DNA of 35,858 nucleotides, taken from contig JBJYXV010000101.1 of assembly GCA_046260155.1 (NCBI GenBank), positions 1 through 35,858 on the forward strand, written 5' to 3'. The stretch is from Anaerolineales bacterium (GTDB taxonomy: Bacteria > Chloroflexota > Anaerolineae > Anaerolineales > UBA4823). Position 1 is the stretch's first letter. Each line of letters starts with the position of its first letter. Shown here in pieces: positions 1 to 8,570 of the stretch. Below the pieces are notes generated by a model. It made no database searches. It worked only from the letters and a program-made list of their open reading frames with translations, and was not told the origin of the DNA. The position numbers and the translations under genes are program-made.

Positions 1-712
1 CAAACCATGTCATACTTGATTCAGGTAAGAATGCCTGTACTGGATCATAGATTTCAGGTGGCAGGTTATACACATTCCCTTTATATCGACCTGGCGATCC
101 TAGATGAGACAAAAACAGGATCAAGGGCCTGATATTTCTGTCTGGAATTTCTGGTACAACGCCATACTCACTGAAGCGCGTGAGCATCTCAGGATGACCA
201 GATTCAAGGAGCACCATTCCGCAGACATCATCGGGATTTTCCCCCGCAAATATTCTTGCATAAACACCGCCAAAAGCATGCCCTACCAGAATATATGGAC
301 CTTCCTCACCAGCTTTGTTCAGCGTAGCCTTAAGTTCAGTAGCAATTGTTGCACCATCCCTGGGTCGTGGTCCTGGTTCACTCCACATGATCCCGGACCT
401 GTCATAACTGCAAGAGCGGGTCATTTTCCCGATTTCTCCCTGGACAGCATTCCAGCTCAACGATCCATACTGGTCAAGATCAGATTCAAAAACGACGGTG
501 GGGGTCCCATCGCCCACACAGTAAAGGTGGATGTCATGACCATTTATTGTTACTAATTTTCCAGGTGCGGGGTATTCGGCACGGTATTCATTTCGTAATC
601 TCGCTTCACGGATCAAGCCATAGAATACTAGTCCTAGCAGGAGAATGAGCAATCCTAAAAAAATTTTCCCGATCAAACGAAGAAATTTACGACCACGTTT
701 CTTGGCTGTCAT
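1..712 (-). CDS. alpha/beta hydrolase with N-terminal TM anchor; the C-terminus runs off the window. The nucleophile motif reads GHAFGG (Ser replaced by Ala).
   Basis: Hand translation of the minus strand from ATG (complement of 710-712) is open to position 1: MTAKKRGRKFLRLIGKIFLGLLILLLGLVFYG...YILVGHAFGGVYARIFAGENPDDVCGMVLLESGHPEML. It is a paralog of the 1769-2512 hydrolase, which has GHSLGG. Absent from the ORF track because there is no in-window stop. The plus ORF 104-556 is its antisense shadow. Confidence 0.75.
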   Translation of the reverse strand, partial: MTAKKRGRKFLRLIGKIFLGLLILLLGLVFYGLIREARLRNEYRAEYPAPGKLVTINGHDIHLYCVGDGTPTVVFESDLDQYGSLSWNAVQGEIGKMTRSCSYDRSGIMWSEPGPRPRDGATIATELKATLNKAGEEGPYILVGHAFGGVYARIFAGENPDDVCGMVLLESGHPEMLTRFSEYGVVPEIPDRNIRPLILFLSHLGSPGRYKGNVYNLPPEIYDPVQAFLPESSMTWF

Positions 713-885
713 TGAATTACCTCCTCATGGTAACCCACCATTAATAGGATACCTGATTGTATGGACATTGTTAAGCACTCAGGTGCCTGAAAGTTAAGAT
801 TTGAGTTGGTTTGCAGGTCTCGAATCTCAAGTGGAAATATATTTAAATCCCGGCAAATAATTCAACTTCCCCCTGTTCTCAAATT

Positions 886-924
886 TCAGCATAGAAAAGA
901 ACTTCCCAGGACTGAGAAGTTCTT
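886..924 (-). terminator. Rho-independent terminator-like hairpin immediately 3' of the tRNA-Val 3'-fragment copy
   Basis: 9-bp stem aagaacttc (897-905) / gaagttctt (916-924) with a 10-nt loop, followed on the minus strand by UUUUCUAUG. Confidence 0.45.
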
Positions 925-926
925 CA

Positions 927-1096
927 AATGGGCGGAACAGGACTCGAATTGAATCCCCACGTTCTCCTCGTGGGGATCTGCGACCTCTTCTGTTTATGAG
1001 ACGGGTGGAGTTTTTCCACAACCTTCATACCGTCTATTTACTGATCTGGTGTCTTTGATTTAACTGTAAGCAGGACAAGAAATATCCATTGTGTCT
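927..1096 (-). repeat. tRNA-Val 3'-end duplicate (att-like) fused to a conserved ~103-nt module, copy 1
   Basis: 927-948 are identical to 13743-13764 (22 nt: tRNA-Val acceptor 3' strand, T-arm and 3 nt downstream). 979-993 are identical to 13767-13781 (15 nt reaching anticodon-loop position 37). A 30-nt palindromic insert (949-978) separates the two blocks. 994-1096 are about 86% identical to 10885-10987. Confidence 0.8.
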
Positions 1097-1163
1097 ATTA
1101 TATCCAAGCTTTCGTGCTGTATCTGCACCAGAACTGCACCAGGCATGAGGGAGGTGAACCAGC

Positions 1164-1631
1164 TTACCCCCCGGTGGATCTCCACCAGTATCTATCATGC
1201 AATGCCTGCCAGGCACCAGTCGACCAGAGCGCCCAGATCACAAAAACAGGTTGAATAAATAAGCGGATCAAACGTGCTTGGTCGGAATTTAATCCAAATG
1301 CATCAATTCCATTGACATACTGTGAGATATTGCCGGGGAAAATTAAAACAAAGAATATCGCGGTAGCCCAGCCGATCATCACCCGGTACCTGCCAGGCAG
1401 GACAATCAATCCCACCCCAAGAATTATCTCGACCATCCCAGATATCACCACAACCAAGTCACCATCAAGAGGCAGCCAGGTAGGAACCTGGGCTAGGAAT
1501 TCTTGTCTCAGCCAAATCAGGTGGGCAAAACCTGCAAAAGCCAAAAAGCCTCCCAGGAATCTAGCGAGAATAGATTGTATGGGGCTGATCTTCACCCGTG
1601 CGAGATTTTTGTCATCCATATCACTAATCAT
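1164..1631 (-). CDS. DoxX-family integral membrane protein
   Basis: 155 aa with four predicted TM helices, a DoxX-like hydrophobic pattern, and a C-terminal WxxxAWxALHDRYWW. Confidence 0.5.
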   Translation of the reverse strand: MISDMDDKNLARVKISPIQSILARFLGGFLAFAGFAHLIWLRQEFLAQVPTWLPLDGDLVVVISGMVEIILGVGLIVLPGRYRVMIGWATAIFFVLIFPGNISQYVNGIDAFGLNSDQARLIRLFIQPVFVIWALWSTGAWQALHDRYWWRSTGG

Positions 1632-1768
1632 ACCTTCATTTTGAAAGTTTTTCAGGTCAGGATGCTGGCGTAGAAAAAAAACTCTTATGGTTTAATAATT
1701 TTGGTTTGCTTCCCTGAAATCAGGTATAAAATTATATAATTCCTATTGAGAATTACTCTGGAGGGAGC

Positions 1769-2512
1769 ATGAACATCAAGAAAATTATTAAATATACTCT
1801 TATTGGTCTTCTGGCTATAATCGTGATTGGTGTGGCGGGGATGCTGATTTGGTCAAAAACAGGAACATACCCTGCAGGGACGGTTGCCGCGACTGCCCTC
1901 GAATCATCTGACAGGGTAACAGTTACACAGGACAGGTGGATTGTTTTTGAACCCGACCAGGAAACAGACACCGGTTTGATTTTTTATCCCGGTGGCTTGG
2001 TGGAGCCAACCGCCTATGCACCCATACTGCACAAAATAGCCGAAAAAGGTGTTCTGGTAATCATCACGCCCATGCCCTTAAACTTAGCAATTTTGAATAC
2101 AGGTGCTGCTAATGCCGTAATTGAAGCATATCCGCAAATATCAAACTGGATCCTTGCTGGGCATTCACTTGGTGGCGCATCCGCGGCGATATTTGCGGAA
2201 AACAATCCAGGAACCATAGATGCCATCGTATTCTGGGATTCTTATCCACCGGACAGCGCTGACTTGTCAGATAACAATATTTCAGCAGTTTCAATCTATG
2301 GCACCACGAATAATTTTCCAAATACTGAAAACTTTAATGTCAAGAAGCACCTTTTACCATTAGACGCAAGATTTATCGCAATAGAAGGTGCAAGTCACGC
2401 TCAATTTGGCGATTATGGACCCCAGAAGGGTGATGTTGTCGCCTCAATCAGCTTAGCTGAACAGCATGAACGGGTTGCTGAAATTATGCTGGATTTCATC
2501 AACCCACAATGA
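1769..2512 (+). CDS. alpha/beta hydrolase with N-terminal TM anchor
   Basis: GHSLGG nucleophile elbow and a later His (EGASHAQFG). N-terminal hydrophobic helix IGLLAIIVIGVAGMLIW. RBS ggaggga upstream. Confidence 0.7.
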   Translation: MNIKKIIKYTLIGLLAIIVIGVAGMLIWSKTGTYPAGTVAATALESSDRVTVTQDRWIVFEPDQETDTGLIFYPGGLVEPTAYAPILHKIAEKGVLVIITPMPLNLAILNTGAANAVIEAYPQISNWILAGHSLGGASAAIFAENNPGTIDAIVFWDSYPPDSADLSDNNISAVSIYGTTNNFPNTENFNVKKHLLPLDARFIAIEGASHAQFGDYGPQKGDVVASISLAEQHERVAEIMLDFINPQ

Positions 2513-2814
2513 ATTGCAACACAACCACTTCTGCTCCAATAAAAATGTTTGAAGATTTTCAATCAGAAGGGTATTTTGATAGCAAACCGGTCCAACCCTC
2601 CATTTGCCTAAAGCTTAAAAAATAATAACTGCCCAACAAGCACATCAAGCAGTCCATTTAATAGTTATAGGCGGAATAGGAATCGAATCTCCTTCCCAAT
2701 GTTTATTGGTAAAAACACCACTTGGGGTAGGTAACAGCTAACTCATCCTGCAAAATCGATCAGCTGCGATGTCTGTCTTCAACCAATTTTTTCACCAGTG
2801 AGTACGCCAATCTA

Positions 2815-3666
2815 TTATTCTTGCTGTTTTTCCGCGACTGCAAATATCCTGAAATCACACTTATCACTGCCTTCCATGATGGTTTCTGTTCGCTGCAATC
2901 TCAGATTTGGATTGAAGGCTTTATAGGCGGTCTCGTCTGAGCTGCAAGCCATTAGATAGCCAACCCGCGGATGTCGCTCCCGGAAATATCTTGCCCATTC
3001 ACATTCACGAACATAGGTTACTGCTTCTCTTGCAGATTTACTAATCACTTCTATTTCCAAACCAGCTGTAAATAAGTTCGGAGAATCTGGTACTGATATA
3101 TAAGATTCTATAAATTCCTCGACACTCCCCTTTTCACCTCTTCCAGAATCAAGTCGTTCTTCAACCACCAGGTCGTAAACGATTAATTCTCCCTGTATAC
3201 CATACTTCTCGATCAACGCTTCAGCCAGACAAGCGAATCCATCAAAACGGATGCGCAAGGCATCATAGGCAGAGATCTCTTTTTCCATCGTATGGGTTGA
3301 GAACAGCTGTTTGATTTGAGTGATCGGTGGTGAATATTCGATGATGTTTCTTACTTCAGCACTCGACAATTCGGACCCAAAAGAGTGAAAGAATTCTGCA
3401 ATCCATTCTTCAGCTATGGCTTCTGGTTGATTGGTTTGATCTGTTTCTACTTCGTGCCATCCATTGGATAAGATTTTCATCAAGAATCGGTCGTCATACC
3501 CGGTAAAAGTGTCTCTCCAAAGCGGAAGTATGTTTTGATCCCCTAATCTTTCGCTCAATTGCCTGAGCCACCGCAAATACGGTGCATAGAAGGTAACGAA
3601 ATTAATCCTATAAGGAAACCGTCTTTTATAGCAAGGGATGTAATCCATCCTTTTCATCTTCCTCAC
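2815..3666 (-). CDS. hypothetical protein (283 aa), first gene downstream of the Zn-ribbon/HTH gene in the operon
   Basis: Long ORF with coding-like composition, co-directional and closely spaced with the operon. No motif I can name confidently. Confidence 0.45.
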   Translation of the reverse strand: MRKMKRMDYIPCYKRRFPYRINFVTFYAPYLRWLRQLSERLGDQNILPLWRDTFTGYDDRFLMKILSNGWHEVETDQTNQPEAIAEEWIAEFFHSFGSELSSAEVRNIIEYSPPITQIKQLFSTHTMEKEISAYDALRIRFDGFACLAEALIEKYGIQGELIVYDLVVEERLDSGRGEKGSVEEFIESYISVPDSPNLFTAGLEIEVISKSAREAVTYVRECEWARYFRERHPRVGYLMACSSDETAYKAFNPNLRLQRTETIMEGSDKCDFRIFAVAEKQQE

Positions 3667-3693
3667 TCAAACGTCTGGTGGCTACCATCAAGC

Positions 3694-4053
3694 CTACCAG
3701 AGACAGATGATCTTCTCCCGGTTGCGCATCTGGCTGCGCACTTTCTCCATGTGCCGTAGTGTGGCAAACTCCCGCTCTAATTCAACCAGGCTCATCCCCA
3801 GCCTCTGTGCGACAACCTCCGGGGTAGTCCCGCCGGTCTCCGCCAATACCTGCAGGATCTTCGTTTGAGTATTGCTCAAGGCTGAATAATCATCATCGAG
3901 TTGTGACAGGGTCTGTGCGCTGCGTACCGCCCACGGATCGCAAGCGCGAGCTGGATTAAGTACCCGCATATAGCATTCTTCGCATAAGGTTTCCCCATAA
4001 TACTCCATTTCTTCTCCGGTGGGGATTTCTTCAGCACAGCGTTCGCATTTCAT
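3694..4053 (-). CDS. small Zn-ribbon plus helix-turn-helix protein (putative regulator)
   Basis: N-terminal CxxC...CxxC (CERCAEE...CEEC) followed by an HTH-like segment (TKILQVLAETGGTTPEVVAQRLGMSLVELE). Confidence 0.45.
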   Translation of the reverse strand: MKCERCAEEIPTGEEMEYYGETLCEECYMRVLNPARACDPWAVRSAQTLSQLDDDYSALSNTQTKILQVLAETGGTTPEVVAQRLGMSLVELEREFATLRHMEKVRSQMRNREKIICLW

Positions 4054-4074
4054 CCTGCAGCTCCTCCCGACAGC

Positions 4075-5109
4075 TTATTCTCCCATTCCTGGTTTCCGGG
4101 CAACCGTCAGACTTGAACCAACCCAAGCGGGTAGTTCGATCTCTTGAGGCAGTAGAAATCCAGCTTCGGTCAGCCATCGCCCCCAATCTGCGCGTGTATC
4201 CAGGCCACCGGATTCGGTTGCCAGCAGCATTTGCAAAGCAAAGATGGCTGCATCGGGCGGCCCAGCCCGGTCTGGATCGAGCACAAAGTCGCGCAGTACG
4301 ATTTGGCCACCAGGCTTCAAAGCCGCGAACACCTTACGGATCAGTGCTGGGCGGCTTTCCGGTGGCTCGCCGTTAAGCACCCCGAAAACCAGGGCCAGGT
4401 CATAACCTTGCCCCAACCCACCTTTTTGGAAATCGCCCTCCTGCACGGTTACCCGCCCCGCCATGCCTGCCTCGGCGATCACCCGGCGCGCTACCGGAAC
4501 CACGCGCGGCAGCTCGAAGACGGTAGCTCGCAAGCGCGGGTAGCGGTGCGCCAGGGCCATGCTGTACGCGCCGTGACAGCCACCCACATCAATCACCCGC
4601 AGAGGGCGATTTTCCGGCAGCACCAGGCTCTCAGCGATAGCCGGGGCGATGGGCTTGGCCATCGTATACAGCCCGTGGACGAAATTCTCGATCCAGGAGT
4701 CAGGTTCTTCGTCGCGCTGGTTTTCCTCAGGGCGTTTGCCTGTCCGCACGGCCTCAGCCAAATACCCCCAACGCTGGTAGAAGGCGGCTTGTAGTTGGAA
4801 GCTGCGCAGCATGGTGCCCTCACCTTCTGGCAGAAGGCAGTCTGCAACCAGGGGAATATTGCTGAACTGATTTTCAGATTTCTTTATCAAATCGAGCGCC
4901 ACGGCAGCATTGAGCAGCAGTTCGACGCCGCGGGGCTGCGCGCCCAGCCTCTTTGCTACTTCGGAGGCCGCTGCCGGACCTTCGTTCAGAACTTCAAATA
5001 TACCTAATTCAACGCAGGTCAGCAAAATTTGGGATTGCCGGAATCCCTGGGCTAGTTCTCTTAACTGCTGGCGCTGCTTGAGTAAAATTTCATTGGAAAA
5101 GGCACACAT
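4075..5109 (-). CDS. class I SAM-dependent O-methyltransferase (COMT / O-MT family 2 type, with N-terminal dimerisation/HTH-like region)
   Basis: SAM-binding motif VIDVGGCHGAYSMALAHRYP, acidic FELP, and the DFQKGG and ALKPGGQIVLRD motifs typical of family-2 O-methyltransferases. Confidence 0.7.
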   Translation of the reverse strand: MCAFSNEILLKQRQQLRELAQGFRQSQILLTCVELGIFEVLNEGPAAASEVAKRLGAQPRGVELLLNAAVALDLIKKSENQFSNIPLVADCLLPEGEGTMLRSFQLQAAFYQRWGYLAEAVRTGKRPEENQRDEEPDSWIENFVHGLYTMAKPIAPAIAESLVLPENRPLRVIDVGGCHGAYSMALAHRYPRLRATVFELPRVVPVARRVIAEAGMAGRVTVQEGDFQKGGLGQGYDLALVFGVLNGEPPESRPALIRKVFAALKPGGQIVLRDFVLDPDRAGPPDAAIFALQMLLATESGGLDTRADWGRWLTEAGFLLPQEIELPAWVGSSLTVARKPGMGE

Positions 5110-5126
5110 TTTACGCTTTATTCTCT

Positions 5127-6242
5127 CTACTGATCACTCAAGGTCAGCAGCCCAAACCCGTTAAATGCTGCCGCCATCTGATCATAGACAGGCCGTCCAA
5201 GTAAAGATCGGTAGATTTCGTCCGCCTTTTGAGCAGGTTCAATATCGGCAAAAGCCCCAGGATAAAGAATCTTGCCTAAATAATAGGCATCAGCGATTGC
5301 CGTGTCAATATTAGTGTTGTAGTAATTATACGGCAGTTGAGCATAGACCTGCCCATTCTGTACTGCCGAGAGCGAGTCGTAAAAAGTGGTATTCTTTTGA
5401 TAGTCCTCCAGTACAGCAGCGTAACCCCCTTGGTCAATGAAGATGAAATCAGGATTCCAGTCCAGCAGCTTTTCCTTGTCGATCATGATCGAGCCACTTT
5501 CCCCGGTTTCATCGACCACGTTTCGAGCGTTGATCACATCCAGGAGCGCGTATTGACCCTGGGTGCTTTCGATGCCATGCGTTCCTTTGGACCCCAACCC
5601 GCCAACATAAACCGTTGGTTTGTCGGCTTCAGGGATGTTCATTGTCCGCGCCTCTAAATCTTGTTGAACCTTCCGAATGAATTCTGCAGCAGCTTGGGCT
5701 TTCTCTGTTGTTCCACTGATTTGCCCCACCTTCAGCAGCGAATCTTGCATGAACTGGTCAAATATGGAGGTGGTACCAAAACCCGATCCCCCGTAATTGA
5801 GCACCACCACCGGGATTCCGGTCTTGGCCTGCAATTCATCGGCAGCAGAGGCTTCTGTGGCATAAGTGCTGAAGATTACATCAGGCTCGACCGCCAGGAT
5901 CTTTTCCGGGTCGGGGGCATTGTTGGGGCCACCCTGCCCAATGACGGGCAGTCCCGCGAGCGTGGGATTGGCGAGCATGTAGGGCTTCCCCAAGGAACTA
6001 TCCGCATCCATCTGTTCCACTCCGACCACGTGGTCTAGGTTCCCGGCGTAAACCACCAGGCGCAGCGCTCCAGGACCGATGGCAATCACACGCTCTACCG
6101 TGGCAGGGAGCGTGACTTCCCTGCCCAGGAGATCGGTTACGGTAAACTGTTCGCCTTCTTTCTGCGAGGCAGCAGCGCACCCACTCATAACGAACATAGC
6201 CAGAACGAGCAAAACCAACAGGACGGACGAACGAATTTTCAT
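5127..6242 (-). CDS. ABC transporter substrate-binding lipoprotein, FecB/BtuF/TroA-like (Fe3+-siderophore or corrinoid type)
   Basis: Lipoprotein signal MKIRSSVLLVLLVLAMFVMSGC. Class III periplasmic-binding-protein-like sequence. Directly upstream of the FecE-like ATPase and FecCD permease. Confidence 0.7.
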   Translation of the reverse strand: MKIRSSVLLVLLVLAMFVMSGCAAASQKEGEQFTVTDLLGREVTLPATVERVIAIGPGALRLVVYAGNLDHVVGVEQMDADSSLGKPYMLANPTLAGLPVIGQGGPNNAPDPEKILAVEPDVIFSTYATEASAADELQAKTGIPVVVLNYGGSGFGTTSIFDQFMQDSLLKVGQISGTTEKAQAAAEFIRKVQQDLEARTMNIPEADKPTVYVGGLGSKGTHGIESTQGQYALLDVINARNVVDETGESGSIMIDKEKLLDWNPDFIFIDQGGYAAVLEDYQKNTTFYDSLSAVQNGQVYAQLPYNYYNTNIDTAIADAYYLGKILYPGAFADIEPAQKADEIYRSLLGRPVYDQMAAAFNGFGLLTLSDQ

Positions 6243-6260
6243 GCAGCTTCTCCTTGAATC

Positions 6261-7013
6261 TTATAACGGGATCACTACCCGGCTGCCGTTATGGGCGGCG
6301 ATCATCACCGGGACAGCGTACACGCTTTCAATGGTTTCCGGCGTCATCACCTCCAACCCGCCAGCAGCGAAGATCATTTTATCCTTGAGCAGGATGAAGC
6401 GATCCGCAAAACGCAGCGCCAGGTTGAGATCGTGCATCGCCACCACCACAGCGATTCCCCGCTGGCAGCTGACCTGGCGGATCAAGGTCAGCACCTCCAA
6501 TTGGTTCTTTAGATCCAGGCTGCTGGTAGGTTCGTCCATCAACAGGATTTCGGGTTCCTGCGCCAGGGCACGGGCGATGAATACCTTTTGCAGCTCGCCT
6601 CCGCTCAATTCATCCAGGTAGCGCAGGGCGTATTCACTCAACCCCAAGGTTGCTAAAGCCTGGCTGGCAATTTCCATGTCGTTTTGGGAGATATCCCAGC
6701 GTATGTACGGTTTGCGCCCCAATAGAACCGTATTGAAGACAGTAGCACGCGAGCCTGTACGCTGCTGCTCAACGTAGCTGATTTTCTGCGCCAGGTCCCT
6801 GCGGCTCAGGCTGGTGACCGGCTCATCTCCGATCAGCACGCTCCCAGCGGCGGGCGAAAGGATGCGGTTGATGCATTTGAGCAGCGTGGTCTTGCCTGTC
6901 CCGTTGGTACCTAAAATCGCCAGTACTTCGCCGCGTTCCACCGAGAAGCTGGCCTCTTCCAGCACAGGACGTCCCGGATAGTGAAATCGAAGTCCTTGAA
7001 CATTCAGAATCAT
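6261..7013 (-). CDS. ABC transporter ATP-binding protein (FecE/FepC/BtuD-like)
   Basis: Walker A GTNGTGKTT, ABC signature LSGGELQ, Walker B ILLMDEP. A 4-nt overlap with the upstream permease gene. Confidence 0.85.
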   Translation of the reverse strand: MILNVQGLRFHYPGRPVLEEASFSVERGEVLAILGTNGTGKTTLLKCINRILSPAAGSVLIGDEPVTSLSRRDLAQKISYVEQQRTGSRATVFNTVLLGRKPYIRWDISQNDMEIASQALATLGLSEYALRYLDELSGGELQKVFIARALAQEPEILLMDEPTSSLDLKNQLEVLTLIRQVSCQRGIAVVVAMHDLNLALRFADRFILLKDKMIFAAGGLEVMTPETIESVYAVPVMIAAHNGSRVVIPL

Positions 7014-8083
7014 CGCCGGGAATAACCTTTTGCCAGAATGAACAGGAATAAAGGCGCGCCGAAGAAGGAGGTGATTGCTCCGACTGGTAGAACCACCGGC
7101 GAGATCAGGGTGCGCGCCAGGGTGTCGGAAAATACCAGCAAGATTGCTCCTGTCACTGCTGAGGCGAGGATCAAAAAGCGATGATCGATCCCCAGGACAC
7201 GGCGCATCATCTGGGGAGCGATCAAACCGATGAAACCGATAATTCCCATAAAGGCTACTGCCACCGCGGTGATCAGCGAAGCCGCCAGCATGCTGCGGAA
7301 GCGGATCTGCTCCACGTTTACGCCCAGTCCCTTGGCCGCATCCTCGCCGCTCTCGAGGGCATTGTAATTCCAGCGCTGCATTAAAAAGTAGACCAGGGCT
7401 GCCGCCGTGAGCATCGATAAAATGATCACCTCTTGCCAGGAGACGCGCCCCAAATCACCAAATGTCCAGAAGACCATGGCAGCCACCTGCACATCCTCGG
7501 CGAAATACTGCACCAGCATGGAACCTGCCGCGAACAGCGAGCCGAAGGCCACTCCCGCCAGCACCACCGATTCGGTTGAGAAGCCGCGCATCCGGGCTAA
7601 GAACAAAATCATGAACATGGCCGTCATCGAGAAAATAAATGCACTGATGGTGACAGAAAAAGGGTTGGCGATGAAGACCGCATCGTGGGTGTTGCTGTGC
7701 AGGGTTCCAGCCCCAAAGAACACAATCGCCAGGTTTGCGCCGAAAGCGGCTGCGCTGGAGATGCCCAGCGTGAATGGCGAAGCCAGCGGGTTACGCAGGC
7801 AGGTCTGCATCACGCAGCCAGCCACACCCAAACCGATTCCAGCCACGATCCCGGCGATGACGCGCGGCAGACGGATGTTCCAGACCACCACGCTGGGGAT
7901 ACCGCTTTCTAAACCCAGCAGCGCCCGCAACACCTGCAAAGGATGAGTATCTGTGGCTCCGGCATTGATGGCGATGATAGCCAGACCCAGGGTCAGCACC
8001 GCCAGACCGAGGATCAGCCGTTTTTTACGGGCGGATTGTTGAAGGAAGGCTGCAGCAGCCGGATTTATCAGGTTGCTCTGCAT
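7010..8083 (-). CDS. FecCD-family ABC permease (BtuC/FhuB-like)
   Basis: About 9-10 TM helices with a FecCD-like pattern. I take the start as the internal ATG at 8083 (MQSNLINPAAAAFL...) because the longer ORF to 8227 would overlap the upstream TsaA-like gene, whose stop is at 8094. Confidence 0.75.
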   Translation of the reverse strand: MQSNLINPAAAAFLQQSARKKRLILGLAVLTLGLAIIAINAGATDTHPLQVLRALLGLESGIPSVVVWNIRLPRVIAGIVAGIGLGVAGCVMQTCLRNPLASPFTLGISSAAAFGANLAIVFFGAGTLHSNTHDAVFIANPFSVTISAFIFSMTAMFMILFLARMRGFSTESVVLAGVAFGSLFAAGSMLVQYFAEDVQVAAMVFWTFGDLGRVSWQEVIILSMLTAAALVYFLMQRWNYNALESGEDAAKGLGVNVEQIRFRSMLAASLITAVAVAFMGIIGFIGLIAPQMMRRVLGIDHRFLILASAVTGAILLVFSDTLARTLISPVVLPVGAITSFFGAPLFLFILAKGYSRR

Positions 8084-8093
8084 GCGAATTTCC

Positions 8094-8561
8094 TTATGCT
8101 TCCGGTTTTTTCCCTTTCGCAATCCCGTCCAGGGTGTTGGGGATTTGCCCGCTGGCAGCTTCCGGGAGGCAATCCAGGGCTGGGGCGTAAGCCTTGATAT
8201 CCAGCAATGGGCTGCCATCCAGGGCATCCACCCCGCGCACGATCAGGCGGTCCCCCTCCCGGCGGATCAAATCGGCCACGCAAAAGGCTATCGGGTTAGG
8301 ACGGTTCGGGGATCGGCTGGAGAAAACACCCACCGGCGTCTCGGAGAAAGGCGTGCGCGACTGCAAAATTTCCCGGTTCGCCTGGTCGCCCCAATACAGC
8401 ACGATTAAATGCGAGCAGTGGTCGATATTCTTAAGCGCTGGAGCGAACTGCGGGTAGATTTCCAGGGTGATTTCGTTATCGGATAGACGGCCCTGGTGGG
8501 GTGCATCGCCGCGTTCGTGGTAGGGGCTGTGGATCACGCCAATGGGATTCAGGTGTATCAA
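8094..8561 (-). CDS. TsaA/TrmO-like (YaeB/UPF0066) SAM-dependent methyltransferase-fold protein
   Basis: HSPY...GVFSSRSPNRPNPI...DGSPLLDIK motifs characteristic of the TsaA-like family. Confidence 0.65.
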   Translation of the reverse strand: MIHLNPIGVIHSPYHERGDAPHQGRLSDNEITLEIYPQFAPALKNIDHCSHLIVLYWGDQANREILQSRTPFSETPVGVFSSRSPNRPNPIAFCVADLIRREGDRLIVRGVDALDGSPLLDIKAYAPALDCLPEAASGQIPNTLDGIAKGKKPEA

Positions 8562-8570
8562 TTGAATCTC

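Noticed and set aside
104-556. 150-aa plus-strand ORF from the six-frame track
   Set aside because: It lies antisense within the continuous minus-strand alpha/beta hydrolase frame (1-712), which has clear motifs. Its own sequence has no protein-like features.
926-1100. tmRNA or permuted tmRNA interpretation of the tRNA-like 3' end plus upstream structured module
   Set aside because: No matching 5' acceptor strand (GGGCGGA-type) was found within about 500 nt on the minus strand, and no resume-codon or tag reading frame is recognisable. The identical 37-nt match to the adjacent tRNA-Val favours att-site duplication.
827-1216. Short minus-strand ORFs (64 and 60 aa) covering the tRNA-fragment, the repeat module and the DoxX 3' end
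   Set aside because: They overlap the tRNA-derived repeat and terminator and are Arg-rich and low-complexity. The nucleotide-level repeat explains the region better.
2669-2690. Possible third tRNA-Val-3'-like fragment (taggcggaataggaatcgaa, 17/20 to tgggcggaacaggactcgaa)
   Set aside because: It is only 20 nt and covers the most generically conserved T-loop/acceptor part of tRNAs. It does not extend into the variable region or anticodon stem and has no adjacent conserved module, so chance or generic tRNA similarity cannot be excluded.
4113-5164. Several plus-strand ORFs (84-187 aa) inside the O-methyltransferase gene
   Set aside because: Antisense shadows of a high-GC gene (Arg/Ala-rich, no motifs).
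7181-8408. Plus-strand ORFs (67-179 aa) over the FecCD permease and TsaA-like genes
   Set aside because: Antisense to well-supported genes. Ala/Ser/Thr-rich low-complexity translations.
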